From the NCBI GenBank assembly GCA_965267335.1, contig OZ253953.1, positions 1,743,465 to 1,807,464 on the forward strand: DNA of 64,000 bases. The letters run 5' to 3'. The notes beneath the pieces were generated by a model, which searched no databases, was not told the DNA's origin, and saw nothing but the letters and a program-made list of their open reading frames with translations. Of the stretch, positions 1-10,429 are shown one piece after another; positions within the stretch are counted from its first letter, which is position 1; every line of letters starts with the position of its first letter. Made by a program: the position numbers and the translations under genes. The stretch is from Cytophagales bacterium (GTDB lineage Bacteria; Bacteroidota; Bacteroidia; Cytophagales; JAAEPT01).

Positions 1-326
1 CTCAGTATAGTATCTATATGTGGATTACATTGGCGCTGGGCTTGGCGTTCTTAGGCTTACAATATTTTGGTTGGACTCAACTGCCTCTGGATTTTGGAGG
101 TACGAACAGCCAATCTTCGGTTTCTTTCTTTTATGTTCTCAGTGGAATGCATTGGGCACACATCATTCTAGGGATAGCATACATTGTTTATGCCCTGATC
201 ACGATAAAGTTTACTGAAGAAAGAAAAGACAAAAATGTTATGAGAATTGGGAATTGTGCGATATTCTGGCACTTTCTCGATGCTCTATGGATATACTTAT
301 TCGTATTCTTATTAATAAAACATTAA
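1..326 (+). CDS. heme-copper (cytochrome c) oxidase subunit III family protein, C-terminal part; 5' end lies outside the window
   Basis: The frame of ORF 18..326 is open to the window edge. It encodes hydrophobic helices and a C-terminal FWHFLDALWIYLFVFLL motif typical of subunit III. A second subunit III gene and a subunit IV-like gene follow. Confidence 0.75.
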   Translation, partial: QYSIYMWITLALGLAFLGLQYFGWTQLPLDFGGTNSQSSVSFFYVLSGMHWAHIILGIAYIVYALITIKFTEERKDKNVMRIGNCAIFWHFLDALWIYLFVFLLIKH

Positions 327-336
327 ACAAAGAGAA

Positions 337-1089
337 ATGGCAGAAACAGCTGTAATACAAACAGGAGCCAAGAAGAGCATTTGGGGTGGAGGAATGTCTC
401 CAATGAAGGCGAGTTATGGAAAACTAATGATGTGGTTTTTCCTGCTTTCTGATGCCTTTACATTTACCGGCTTACTAGTTGCTTATGGTCATGACAGGTT
501 TAGAAATATCGCATATACGTTGAGTCCTGATCAATGGGTGCCTAGTGTAGATACCTGGCCAATTCCAGAGAAGGTATTTAATGCCTTTCCGTTTGCCGGA
601 CACGCTGATTTACCCTTGGTGTTTGTTGGTTTGATGACATTCATCCTGATTATGAGTTCAGTAACTATGGTATTGGCTGTGGAAGCTGGTCAAAGGATGG
701 ACAAGGCTGCTGTACAGAAATGGATGCTTTGGACAATTCTTGGAGGTATAGCTTTCCTTAGCTGTCAGGCTTGGGAATGGTCTCACTTTATCCATGGTAC
801 ACCTGATGGTGGAGCACTAAGAGCCGATGGCAGTGTGATTTATGGAGCTGGGTTGGTGGAAAACCAATACGGACCTCCGGCCTTTGCTGATTTCTTCTTC
901 TTCATCACAGGATTTCACGGAACTCACGTATTAAGTGGGGTTATACTGAATATCATAATATTCTATAACGTTTCAACTGGATTATACGAAAGAAGAGGTC
1001 ACTACGAAATGATCGAGAAGGTAGGGTTGTACTGGCACTTTGTAGATTTAGTGTGGGTATTCGTATTTACCTTCTTCTACCTGGTATAA
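337..1089 (+). CDS. cytochrome c oxidase subunit III
   Basis: 250 aa polytopic membrane protein. The FITGFHGTHV and YWHFVDLVWVFVFTFFY motifs are characteristic of the subunit III family. It starts 11 nt after the previous gene. Confidence 0.85.
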   Translation: MAETAVIQTGAKKSIWGGGMSPMKASYGKLMMWFFLLSDAFTFTGLLVAYGHDRFRNIAYTLSPDQWVPSVDTWPIPEKVFNAFPFAGHADLPLVFVGLMTFILIMSSVTMVLAVEAGQRMDKAAVQKWMLWTILGGIAFLSCQAWEWSHFIHGTPDGGALRADGSVIYGAGLVENQYGPPAFADFFFFITGFHGTHVLSGVILNIIIFYNVSTGLYERRGHYEMIEKVGLYWHFVDLVWVFVFTFFYLV

Positions 1090-1115
1090 AAAATTAAAGT
1101 ATTAAAGTAAAAAGT

Positions 1116-1487
1116 TTGAGTATGTCTGCACATGATGAAACAGTAGCACAAGTTCAGGTTCTTCCACCAGATAAGAAGAAGATTCTGAAGCTATGGAAGA
1201 TTGCTGGGTACATGGCGTTAATAACTATATTAGAGTTTATTATCGCGTTTACAGTACCGTTTCCTGAGTATAAAACACTTCGAATAGTAATCTTTGTATT
1301 GATGACAATATGGAAGGCATACTATATCGTGAGTGAGTTTATGCACCTTGGACATGAGGTCAATCCTTTAGTGTATTCGATCTTGTTACCTCTTGTATTC
1401 CTTGTATGGTTGATTCTCGCATTAATTATGGAGGCTCAATCTGTATATGAATACATTGATTCGCTTTGGGTAAACATTCTCCAATAG
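1116..1487 (+). CDS. cytochrome c oxidase subunit IV-like small membrane protein
   Basis: About 120 aa with 3 predicted TM helices, placed directly after the subunit III genes. The ORF opens with TTG at 1116, but the ATG at 1122 is the more likely start. Confidence 0.65.
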   Translation: MSMSAHDETVAQVQVLPPDKKKILKLWKIAGYMALITILEFIIAFTVPFPEYKTLRIVIFVLMTIWKAYYIVSEFMHLGHEVNPLVYSILLPLVFLVWLILALIMEAQSVYEYIDSLWVNILQ

Positions 1488-1494
1488 AATATTT

Positions 1495-2103
1495 ATGAAG
1501 AAGAAAACCGGCATGCTGATACTATTACTCGGTGTGCCGGTTTTTTTATTTATATGGGGTAAGTATAATTTGAAGCACCACTATGAACTACCTATTTACT
1601 ATTCTGGCGAAATAGTAGATGGAGATACGATTTATCATTATGTATCAGACTTTCGGCTAGTTAATGAACGGCTGGATACGGTCTCTCATCAATCTCTGGA
1701 TTCAACTTACTATGTTGCTGCTTTTTACAACTCTGATTGTGAGAATGATTGTTTCAAAATGCTTTCGCAGTTGGTGAAGGTCGATGAGGCTTTTAAAGGA
1801 ACCGAAAATTTTACCGTATTGTTGTTCACAAGTGATAGTTTAGGTCAGGTGCAGGAAATAAGAAATGACTTTCGCTATTCCAATCAGGTTAGGTTTATGA
1901 TGGGAAACCTGGATGATCTGAATAGTCTGGCAGAAGAGTCATATTTTATCCGGTCCAAGGAAGAGAATCAGTTTGAGAATAAATTGGTCCTTGTAGATAA
2001 AGAAAAAAGAATAAGAGGGTTCTATGAGGGGACCGATAACGGTCAGATCGATAGAATGCTACAAGAAATTAGATTATTGAAAACACAATATGAAGAAAGA
2101 TAA
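1495..2103 (+). CDS. SCO1/SenC family copper chaperone (thioredoxin-like)
   Basis: N-terminal TM anchor and a CxxxC motif (CENDC) in a thioredoxin-like context. The position in an oxidase assembly cluster supports the call. Confidence 0.7.
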   Translation: MKKKTGMLILLLGVPVFLFIWGKYNLKHHYELPIYYSGEIVDGDTIYHYVSDFRLVNERLDTVSHQSLDSTYYVAAFYNSDCENDCFKMLSQLVKVDEAFKGTENFTVLLFTSDSLGQVQEIRNDFRYSNQVRFMMGNLDDLNSLAEESYFIRSKEENQFENKLVLVDKEKRIRGFYEGTDNGQIDRMLQEIRLLKTQYEER

Positions 2104-2623
2104 GACGGTCATTCCTATTATTGGAGTAGTGTCAGTTTTAATACCGATAGTGGTTGCATTGCTCCTTTTTATGCCTGGAAGTGGAAAGTTTACTGACCTA
2201 AATGTGAGTTTTTTACCACATTTAAATGCAGTAATAAATTCTGCTACAGCGATTTTACTTTTCCTTGGTTTATGGTTCATTAAGTCGGGTAAAAGGAGTT
2301 GGCATAAAATGATTATGTATAGTGCATTCATATTGTCATCTATTTTCCTTGTGTCTTATGTGATTTATCACGCAAGTGCGCCACATACAAAATTTGGGGG
2401 AGAAGGGATAATACGTTATTTGTACTTTGGTCTGTTGATTAGTCATATATTATTATCAATTTCCATCGTCCCCTTAGTGTTGTTTTCAATTTATTATGCA
2501 GTCACTGATAGGATTAAAAAACATAAGAAGCTGGTAAAGTGGACCTGGCCGATTTGGACGTATGTTGCCATTTCAGGTGTAGTCGTTTATTTTATGATAA
2601 AGCCATACTACGGTTTGTCATAG
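2090..2623 (+). CDS. DUF420 family membrane protein
   Basis: 177 aa with 4-5 TM helices. The size, topology and placement after SCO match the DUF420 proteins of oxidase clusters. It overlaps the upstream gene by 14 nt. Confidence 0.65.
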   Translation: MKKDKTVIPIIGVVSVLIPIVVALLLFMPGSGKFTDLNVSFLPHLNAVINSATAILLFLGLWFIKSGKRSWHKMIMYSAFILSSIFLVSYVIYHASAPHTKFGGEGIIRYLYFGLLISHILLSISIVPLVLFSIYYAVTDRIKKHKKLVKWTWPIWTYVAISGVVVYFMIKPYYGLS

Positions 2624-2643
2624 AAAACTATTAATTTTGAAGT

Positions 2644-2886
2644 ATGCGAATAAGACCATTCTTAGCACTTATAGTATTTTTTCTGATTGAGGCAGGAGCT
2701 CATGCGCAGTGTGTAATGTGTAAAGCTACTGCTCAGCAAGGAGAGGCGGCTGGTATAGGAGGTGGGCTCAATTCTGGCATACTTTATCTGGCGGCTATAC
2801 CATATACAATACTTGCCGGTTTCGGAATATATTTTTATGTCAAAAGCAGGAAGAAGTCAACACCAGACGAAGGTTCGGTTGAATAA
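2644..2886 (+). CDS. small secreted/membrane protein with CxxC motif (hypothetical)
   Basis: 80 aa with a signal peptide (...GAHAQ), a CVMC motif, a Gly-rich stretch, a C-terminal TM helix and a basic tail. Confidence 0.5.
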   Translation: MRIRPFLALIVFFLIEAGAHAQCVMCKATAQQGEAAGIGGGLNSGILYLAAIPYTILAGFGIYFYVKSRKKSTPDEGSVE

Positions 2887-3250
2887 TGCAGAAGCAATAT
2901 TAAAAGGGGCTTGCCCACGCTGCCGAAAGGGCAGAATGTTTAAGCACTCAGTATTTCATTATTTTAAATTCTCCCAAGCCCATAAACATTGCGAACATTG
3001 TGGTTTGCGTTTTGAAATAGAGCCTGGATTTTTTCAGGGGGCGCTTTATGTTAGTTATGCTTTTTCAGTAGGTATATTTTTGCTTTCCGGGCTATGTACT
3101 TACCTGTTGCTCAACGATCCTCCAAGTTCGGTGTACATCATGAATGTAATAGCGGCTGTCCTCGTTCTGTTGCCTTTTAACTATCAGTATTCTCGAATAA
3201 TCTTTATGTATTTGTTTTCGGGAGTGAAATTTGATGAGAAGTACGGGTAA
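2837..3250 (+). CDS. DUF983 family membrane protein (zinc-ribbon CPRC...CEHC plus 2 TM)
   Basis: Motifs CPRCRKG...CEHCG are followed by two TM helices. The start is uncertain: ATG at 2837 gives a 50-nt overlap with the previous ORF, and TTG at 2879 gives an 8-nt overlap. Confidence 0.65.
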   Translation: MSKAGRSQHQTKVRLNNAEAILKGACPRCRKGRMFKHSVFHYFKFSQAHKHCEHCGLRFEIEPGFFQGALYVSYAFSVGIFLLSGLCTYLLLNDPPSSVYIMNVIAAVLVLLPFNYQYSRIIFMYLFSGVKFDEKYG

Positions 3251-3305
3251 TTTCGTAATTTCCTTGAGCTCCCTACTGGGAGACTGTACTAAGTAATATC
3301 TTATT

Positions 3306-6300
3306 TTGCTCAAGAAAGCTTATATAACACTGGGTGTCGCTATACTCTGCTTTGTCCTGTCCTGGGTACTGTTCAAGCAGGTCGATGAGCAAAAGGACTC
3401 CCTTTCTGGTGCTCGGAACTATGTTCAGACGAGGACAACTCAGATTATCTCTGAGGCTTGCCATGTGCACTCAGAGCTAGCGAGTCAGTTCAAGAAAGAG
3501 GTGTTTCTGACTTTCTCCGACCTAACTGAAAATACCAGGAATCCAGTCTTTGTTTATAGGAATGATAGTCTTATTTATTGGTCAGATTATAAAGTGTCTC
3601 CATTGGATGCAATGGATGCATCCAAGAGTGATGTGAATTATTATGAAAATGACCTGGGTCGATTTCTTGTTGTAGCAGATCATTATTTTATCTCCAACCA
3701 GAAAATTGATTTTTACTCCATAATTCCATTGGAAAGATCCTTTCAGATCGTTAATAAATACCTTGATAATGGAATTAATAAGCAGCTTTTCCCACAGATA
3801 AGCTCACTATCGGTGAGTTCTGCACCAATTGAGAAAGCGGAGATTGTTGACGAAAACGGTGACTTTCTCTTTTCTATAGTACTTTCAAAGTATGAGGATA
3901 ACGCAGTCAAATCTTCATCTTGGTGGGTCTTATCGTTGTTTTCAGGTTTGTTTGTGTTGCTCCTGTCAATCCATTTGTTCCTTTACAGGCTCAGAGGGGC
4001 GGGGAGATATGACCTGGTACTGGGTGTGGAAATAGTCGTTTTACTCATTCTGCGGTCTGGTCTCTTGATTTTTGAGTTCCCTAACCTGTACACGGAGTTC
4101 TGGTTATTTAGTCCGGAGTATTATGCAGCTTCTGTTCTGGCTCCTAGTCTGGGGGATTTGGTACTCAATGCTTTGGTGCTAGGAAGAATTGGCTGGCTGC
4201 TTTTTGTGAATATGCATAGATTAAAGGTATTTTATTGGGTTGCCTCAAAGGGAGGTTATGCCAAGACCCTTATTGCTCTTATTGCCGTTCTGATCGGTTA
4301 TAGTGTAACGATATTCTTTGAGTTAACACTTGCCAGTCTTTATCAGAACTCTCAACAAAATTATGATGTAACCTATAGTTTTGAGTGGAGTCGGGTCGAG
4401 TTTGTATACATACTTATATTTCTCATTCTTTCTTTTACCTATTTTTCAGTTGTCCATGTGACTACTCGGTTTTTTCTGAAGATTATAAAAAACAGATTCC
4501 CTCATGCTTTATTGATTCAATGTTTTGCTTTGGCATTGGTTATGGTCAGTTACGTACTATTGAACGTAGGATCATATTTTATTCCTCTCATTCATTTCTC
4601 CTACGTTGCAATAATCGGGATCTTTCGATTACCAGGAACACTCAGAAAATTCACTCAGCCTGCATATTTATACATTGTTATTTGCGCATTTTTCTGCGCG
4701 AGTTATGCATCACTTCTGATCAGCACCAGCTCAAGGGAAAAGCAGAATCTTGCCAAGAAAAACTTTGCAGAGGGGATGTTAACGGAATATGATCTCTTGG
4801 GAGAATATTTATTGGTGGACGCCAGGAGTAATATTGAGGAAGATAATTTTATTAAAAACCTTCTGCTTAACCCATTGTCATCAAAGGATTTAGTGGTTCA
4901 AAAGATCAAGAGAGTTTACCTGTCTAATTACTTCGATAAGTATGATGTTCATGTTTACATCTTCGATCATCTGGGAAACTCCTTGTACACAGATAATGAA
5001 GACGTCACTTTTGCTAGCTTGGTTAAGACCTATAAGAGGGCTGAATTTGAAACCAAAGTGAATAACCTATTCTATGTAAATGATTATGACAAAAACGTTC
5101 TGAACAGGTTTCTGACTTTTATCAATGTCGAAAAAAATGACAGAAGGATTGGCTACATAGTACTGGACCTTAAACTGAAAAAAATTATTCCACACAGTGT
5201 ATACCCAAGGCTACTGGTTGATGATAAATATATTAAGGATGTTCATGAGCAGGATTATCAGTACGGTATTTATTTAAATAATAAGCTTCAGTATAGCTTT
5301 GGTACTTTCAATTACCAGGGACTTTTAGGGGCCGAGTTGCTGACCGATGAAAAGATACAAACAAAGGGTATTACGCTGAATGGTTATGATCATTTGATGT
5401 TAAAAAGTGATGATGGAAAGCAAGTCGTAGTTTCGTCCAGAGCCTATGATATAACTAATACTTTCTCGAATTTTTCATTCTTGTTTCTCATATTGGTTTT
5501 TATCATCCTGTTGATAATTGTAGCTAATGTTATCATTTATCGATTTCAGGGACTGAATATCAATTTTTCTACCAAGATTCAGATTTATCTGAATATAGCT
5601 TATTTCCTTCCTCTTGTTGTAGTAAGTGTGACAACCTTGAGCACGATCAATCAATCGTACTTTGAGGATCTAAAAACTTCCTTCCAGAATAAAGCAGAAA
5701 GCATTAGTGGTAATATTTCTGATTATGTGGAAGGTAATATAGATGGAGAATATACCGATGAATATTTGACTACTGCAATACTGAGGGTAGCGCGCTATAC
5801 GGAAAGTGACCTTAATTTATTTAATGAGCGAGGTGAATTACTATTATCAAGTCAACCGTTAATATATGAGTCTGGGTTGCTTTCTAAGTACATTAATCCC
5901 AAGGCATTTGGTGAATTGGCTAAGTCGCAAAATCAAATGGTTATGCTACAGGAGAAGATCGGAGATCTGAGTTTCAACTCGGTATATACGTCCATAAAGT
6001 CAAATAAAACCGGTGAGACGATCGGTATCTTGACAATTCCTTTTTTCAATTCTGAATTTTTTCTCGACAAGAAAAGAACAGAAGTACTCACCAGAATCAT
6101 GAATATCTTTACATCATTCTTCTTGATGTTTCTGGCGATGTCGTATATCGCTTCCAGAACGCTTATTGTTCCACTCAAGTTGATCACTCAAAAGCTGCGT
6201 AAAACAACGTTGGTAGGTAAGAATGAGCAATTGGAATGGAATTCTGATGATGAATTGGGGCTGCTCGTTGATGAATATAACTTAATGCTCGTTAAGCTGG

Positions 6301-7004
6301 AGGAGAGTACAAAAGAACTGGCTAAAACAGAAAAGGAGTCAGCCTGGAGAGAGATGGCACAACAAGTCGCTCATGAAATCAAAAATCCGCTTACACCAAT
6401 GAAACTGACTCTTCAGCACTTGCAAAGAAAGATACAGGATGAAGAAAATGAGCAGCTGAAAAAGTCGGTGAATACACTACTGGATCAGGTGGAAACATTA
6501 AATGATATTGCGACCTCTTTTTCTAGTTTTGCTAAAATGCCTATTCCAAGAATGGAGCGCTACGATGTGAAGTCCGTCTTGTTAAGCACAATCACCTTAT
6601 ATGATTCCAATGAAGGAGTTGAAATTACCTCAGATATAGAAGAAGGGGATTTTGAGGTTAATGGAGATGAAAAACTTATGGGCCGAATATTCACCAACCT
6701 TATCCTTAATGGAATACAGTCTGTGCCAGAGGGAAGAGATCCTCATATTGTAATTACCATGTCCAAGAGAGATGGGAATGTACTATTGGAGTTTAAGGAT
6801 AATGGTAGCGGGATTGAGCCTGAGGTTCAGGATAAGGTATTCGTGCCAAATTTCAGCACGAAATATGCCGGATCTGGAATTGGATTAGCGGTAGCAAAAC
6901 GAGGAATTATGCATGCCGGGGGCAAGATTTGGTTTGAAACCAACGTTAATATAGGTACAGTTTTCTACATTGAACTACCCTTGATTGATCAATCACATCC
7001 TTAA
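3306..7004 (+). CDS. giant multi-domain sensor histidine kinase (NtrY-like HAMP-HisKA-HATPase C-terminus)
   Basis: 1232 aa with a TTG start. It has an N-terminal TM, then an extracytoplasmic region, about 8 TM helices, further extracytoplasmic regions and TM helices, and a HAMP-like linker. The H-box is AHEIKNPLTPM, with N/G boxes (NLILNGIQS, DNGSGI, GSGIGLA). Confidence 0.9.
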   Translation: MLKKAYITLGVAILCFVLSWVLFKQVDEQKDSLSGARNYVQTRTTQIISEACHVHSELASQFKKEVFLTFSDLTENTRNPVFVYRNDSLIYWSDYKVSPLDAMDASKSDVNYYENDLGRFLVVADHYFISNQKIDFYSIIPLERSFQIVNKYLDNGINKQLFPQISSLSVSSAPIEKAEIVDENGDFLFSIVLSKYEDNAVKSSSWWVLSLFSGLFVLLLSIHLFLYRLRGAGRYDLVLGVEIVVLLILRSGLLIFEFPNLYTEFWLFSPEYYAASVLAPSLGDLVLNALVLGRIGWLLFVNMHRLKVFYWVASKGGYAKTLIALIAVLIGYSVTIFFELTLASLYQNSQQNYDVTYSFEWSRVEFVYILIFLILSFTYFSVVHVTTRFFLKIIKNRFPHALLIQCFALALVMVSYVLLNVGSYFIPLIHFSYVAIIGIFRLPGTLRKFTQPAYLYIVICAFFCASYASLLISTSSREKQNLAKKNFAEGMLTEYDLLGEYLLVDARSNIEEDNFIKNLLLNPLSSKDLVVQKIKRVYLSNYFDKYDVHVYIFDHLGNSLYTDNEDVTFASLVKTYKRAEFETKVNNLFYVNDYDKNVLNRFLTFINVEKNDRRIGYIVLDLKLKKIIPHSVYPRLLVDDKYIKDVHEQDYQYGIYLNNKLQYSFGTFNYQGLLGAELLTDEKIQTKGITLNGYDHLMLKSDDGKQVVVSSRAYDITNTFSNFSFLFLILVFIILLIIVANVIIYRFQGLNINFSTKIQIYLNIAYFLPLVVVSVTTLSTINQSYFEDLKTSFQNKAESISGNISDYVEGNIDGEYTDEYLTTAILRVARYTESDLNLFNERGELLLSSQPLIYESGLLSKYINPKAFGELAKSQNQMVMLQEKIGDLSFNSVYTSIKSNKTGETIGILTIPFFNSEFFLDKKRTEVLTRIMNIFTSFFLMFLAMSYIASRTLIVPLKLITQKLRKTTLVGKNEQLEWNSDDELGLLVDEYNLMLVKLEESTKELAKTEKESAWREMAQQVAHEIKNPLTPMKLTLQHLQRKIQDEENEQLKKSVNTLLDQVETLNDIATSFSSFAKMPIPRMERYDVKSVLLSTITLYDSNEGVEITSDIEEGDFEVNGDEKLMGRIFTNLILNGIQSVPEGRDPHIVITMSKRDGNVLLEFKDNGSGIEPEVQDKVFVPNFSTKYAGSGIGLAVAKRGIMHAGGKIWFETNVNIGTVFYIELPLIDQSHP

Positions 7005-10000
7005 ATATTCTGTTCTACTCATTACCTTATTCTTACCCTGTTTCATTTCAGCTCAAAACTCAAATTACAGGTGTATATGGGTAAAAACGTCTGAGAATAC
7101 CCGATTGGATTCAATGACAGTGGAGCCGGCAACAATCAAGGTTACCGACTTGGACAGCTCTCAATGGAATTTTGACTTAGGAACCAATTCAATTCAATTC
7201 GAAAGTAATGTTCCGGATTCGGTTCATGTATGCTTTCGTACCTTACCTATTAATCTGCGACAAAAATATTATAACCGAAGCCTGGAAATTTATGATTCGG
7301 TAAGTGTTTTCAGGGATGATATGTATTATCAAACATTTCCTGAAAGAAGAGAACAACTTTTTGCATCACCAGGCCTTAATAAAAATGGAAGTATTTCGCG
7401 AGGGATTTCATTTGGTAATACTCAAAGCGTCTTTGTCAATTCTAACCTGAATCTACAACTGGAGGGTAAACTAACCGATGATGTAGGTATTACGGCTGTA
7501 ATTTCTGATCAAAATGTTCCGTTTCAACCTGAAGGCAATACACAACAATTACAAGAATTTGACCGGGTCTATATCAATCTCTATACGGAGAAGGCTAAGT
7601 TGACAGCGGGTGATTTAGTAATGAAAAATCAGCCATCTTACTTTCTGCGATATTTAAAAAATGGTCAAGGAGCTCAATTAGAGGCAAGATCGGGGAAAGA
7701 TTCCTTAAGTAAGGGATATAGCAAGGCCGGTGTAGCTATTTCAAAAGGTAAGTTTAATTCAATGAATGTTACACTTATAGATGGAGTACAAGGGCCGTAT
7801 AAGCTTAGAGGGCCTAATGGAGAAAGATTTATTGTGGTTCTCGCTAATTCGGAGCGGGTATACCTGGACGGACAGCTACTGAAGAGAGGGTTTAATTATG
7901 ATTACATTGTTGATTACAACCTTGGTGAAATCACATTCACCAATAATGTCCTTATCACGAAATTCTCACGGGTCAGGGTGGATTTTGAGTATACAGACAA
8001 AAATTATAATCGGACCAACATCAATGCTAGTCATCACCAAAGTTTTAGAAAAGGAAATATAGCCTTCAATTATTATGGGGAACGGGACAGTAAGAATACA
8101 CCTGTTAATCTCACGCTTACCAATGACCAGAAATTACTCTTAAGCCAGATAGGGGATGATCTCTCCAATGCGGTTTACTCTGGAGTCGATACGGTTGAGT
8201 ACTCGTCAGAAGAAATATTGTATCAGGTAAAGGACACTATTGTCAATGCCACGAATTATCAGATATATATCCAATCAGCTGACCCTGACAGTGCAATTTT
8301 CAGAATCGTATTCTCGGATTTCGGGACTGGGAATGGTAACTATATCAAGAAAGCAACCACTGTAAATGGTAGTGTATATGAATGGGTGGCACCTGATGCT
8401 TTCGGTAATCCAACTGGTAGGTATGAGCCGCTTAGAGTGTTACCCACTCCGAAGAAGAAACAAATGTTTACGGTTGCAGGTGACTATCGCTTTACAGAAA
8501 AAGCACAGGTTTACGGAGAAGTTGCGGTATCCGATGTCGATCAAAATTTATTCTCTGAAATAGGAAATGATGACAATGCCGGAACCTCTTTTATTGTTGG
8601 TTTGAAGAATCAAGGTAAGGAGTTAAAGTCACTGAAAGGATATAAGCTTAAGTATGATTTCAGCTATGAGTTTAATGAAGATAGATTTAACGCCATGGAT
8701 CGTTTCCGGCATGTTGATTTTGACAGAGATTGGAGTGCAGATCCGAACGCTATTGCTGATAACGAGATGCTAAACGCTTCTTTAAGTCTGTTGCAAGACC
8801 AGCATAATTTATTTGGTTACTCATTACTACACAGGTATAAAGGAGATGTAGTTAACGGATTTCAGCATAGGTTGAATGCTTTAAAAAAAATCGGGCCGAT
8901 TGCCCTAAAGTACACCCTGTTTGTCATGGATAATGAGAACACTACTGGTAGAAGCGACTGGAACCGACAATATGTTGAAGCAAAGTATGTTCGGGAAAAG
9001 AATGCAATAGGGGTGGTCTTTGATCAGGATCAAAATGAAGTTCGCAATATTAACGGAGAGGTTACTTCTACAGCTATGAATTTCAACAGGCTTAAAGTCT
9101 TCATGGAAAGCCCTGATAGCTTGAATACTAAGTATAAGTTTGACTATAGCTACCGCGAAGACAATGATACAGTATCCGGAGTACTTGCCTTAAGGAATAT
9201 TACACATCTTGCCAATGCTTCTTTCGATACAAAGCTCGGAAAGTTAAACGATCTTAAGTTCCTGTTTACTTACAGAAATCTTCAGGACCTAAGGTTTTCT
9301 GATGGCAATGAAGAAACCGTGATGGGTAGGGTGGATTGGAGAAGTTCATTATTTAAACGTCATGTACAGAGTGAATTAACCTTTTTTACAGCCACTGGTC
9401 GTGAACTTCAGAGGGAGTTTATTTTTATTAATGTGCCAATGGGAGAAGGGACGCATAACTGGTTGGGCGACCTCAATGAAAATGGATTGAAGGATATCGA
9501 TGAGTTTGTAGTGGCAATTAACACCACTGATTCTAGTAATTACGTGAAGACGTTTGTACCAACGGATGATTTTATCAAGGCCTTTACGAACAATTTTAAC
9601 TATCGACTGAATATCCGGGCTCCATCGGATTGGCGCAGATTAAAAGGTGTAAAAAAGTTTATTTCTAAACTGTCCAATGTTTCTTCGTGGAACATAAGCA
9701 AGAAAATAACCGATGATGATCTTATAAAAAGGTTCGTTCCAATAGGAGTGAAGCTTTCAAACGATGAACTGCTTTCTATCAGCGAAGTCTTAAGAAGCAC
9801 TCTGTTTTATAACCGATCTAACCCCAAGCATGGAATGAGTCTGGCGATATTATCAAGTAAGCAGAAAAGTTTATTGACCGGAGGTTTTGACTCAACGGGA
9901 ATTTCTGAACTAAAGTGGAATGGGCGTTGGAATATCAAACAGATATATAACCTTAAGTTAGAGTACATGAATAGTTTGAAAAGCAGTAGTTCAGATTTTT

Positions 10001-10428
10001 TAAACGAGCGGACCTATTCTTTGCGCAAATTGAGGTATAGTCCGGAACTATCTTTTCAGCCAGGTCGTGTATTTCGGTTGACCGCCAACTATGCCTATGG
10101 AAATAAAGAAAATGAAATTGGGGAGCAGTCGGCAACTTTTCACGAGCTAGGCTTGCAGTTTAGATTGAACCAAGTCAATAAAAGATCAATTAATTCCCAG
10201 CTGAAGTATATCTCAATTGATCATAACCAGGAGCCTGCTTTTTCATCTACGGTCCTGGGTTTCGAAATGCTGGAGGGACTTCAAAAAGGAGTGAACTGGA
10301 CCTGGCAAATTACTTTACAGCAAAAGCTATCTAACGGGCTACAGGTGAGTATAAATTACGATGGCAGGAAAAGTGAGCTTACGAGGGTCGTACATATAGG
10401 CAGAATGCAAGTTTCTGCTTTATTTTAG
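6985..10428 (+). CDS. large secreted protein, probable outer-membrane beta-barrel (hypothetical)
   Basis: 1147 aa with a signal peptide (LFLPCFISAQ). Alternating beta-strand-like sequence runs throughout, and the C-terminal ...QVSALF ends in an aromatic residue as in OMPs. The TTG start at 6985 overlaps the kinase stop by 20 nt. Confidence 0.6.
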   Translation: MINHILKYSVLLITLFLPCFISAQNSNYRCIWVKTSENTRLDSMTVEPATIKVTDLDSSQWNFDLGTNSIQFESNVPDSVHVCFRTLPINLRQKYYNRSLEIYDSVSVFRDDMYYQTFPERREQLFASPGLNKNGSISRGISFGNTQSVFVNSNLNLQLEGKLTDDVGITAVISDQNVPFQPEGNTQQLQEFDRVYINLYTEKAKLTAGDLVMKNQPSYFLRYLKNGQGAQLEARSGKDSLSKGYSKAGVAISKGKFNSMNVTLIDGVQGPYKLRGPNGERFIVVLANSERVYLDGQLLKRGFNYDYIVDYNLGEITFTNNVLITKFSRVRVDFEYTDKNYNRTNINASHHQSFRKGNIAFNYYGERDSKNTPVNLTLTNDQKLLLSQIGDDLSNAVYSGVDTVEYSSEEILYQVKDTIVNATNYQIYIQSADPDSAIFRIVFSDFGTGNGNYIKKATTVNGSVYEWVAPDAFGNPTGRYEPLRVLPTPKKKQMFTVAGDYRFTEKAQVYGEVAVSDVDQNLFSEIGNDDNAGTSFIVGLKNQGKELKSLKGYKLKYDFSYEFNEDRFNAMDRFRHVDFDRDWSADPNAIADNEMLNASLSLLQDQHNLFGYSLLHRYKGDVVNGFQHRLNALKKIGPIALKYTLFVMDNENTTGRSDWNRQYVEAKYVREKNAIGVVFDQDQNEVRNINGEVTSTAMNFNRLKVFMESPDSLNTKYKFDYSYREDNDTVSGVLALRNITHLANASFDTKLGKLNDLKFLFTYRNLQDLRFSDGNEETVMGRVDWRSSLFKRHVQSELTFFTATGRELQREFIFINVPMGEGTHNWLGDLNENGLKDIDEFVVAINTTDSSNYVKTFVPTDDFIKAFTNNFNYRLNIRAPSDWRRLKGVKKFISKLSNVSSWNISKKITDDDLIKRFVPIGVKLSNDELLSISEVLRSTLFYNRSNPKHGMSLAILSSKQKSLLTGGFDSTGISELKWNGRWNIKQIYNLKLEYMNSLKSSSSDFLNERTYSLRKLRYSPELSFQPGRVFRLTANYAYGNKENEIGEQSATFHELGLQFRLNQVNKRSINSQLKYISIDHNQEPAFSSTVLGFEMLEGLQKGVNWTWQITLQQKLSNGLQVSINYDGRKSELTRVVHIGRMQVSALF

Positions 10429-10429
10429 C

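Noticed and set aside
265-1045. TGGCAC motifs at about 270 and 1031, plus one at about 38293, checked as sigma-54 -24 elements
   Set aside because: All lie inside coding sequence or antisense to rnpB. None has a TTGC -12 element at the correct spacing.
4385-4792. 135-aa ORF in another frame inside the sensor kinase gene
   Set aside because: It is embedded in a long ORF whose TM pattern is continuous, its composition looks like frame-shifted membrane sequence, and it has no motif.
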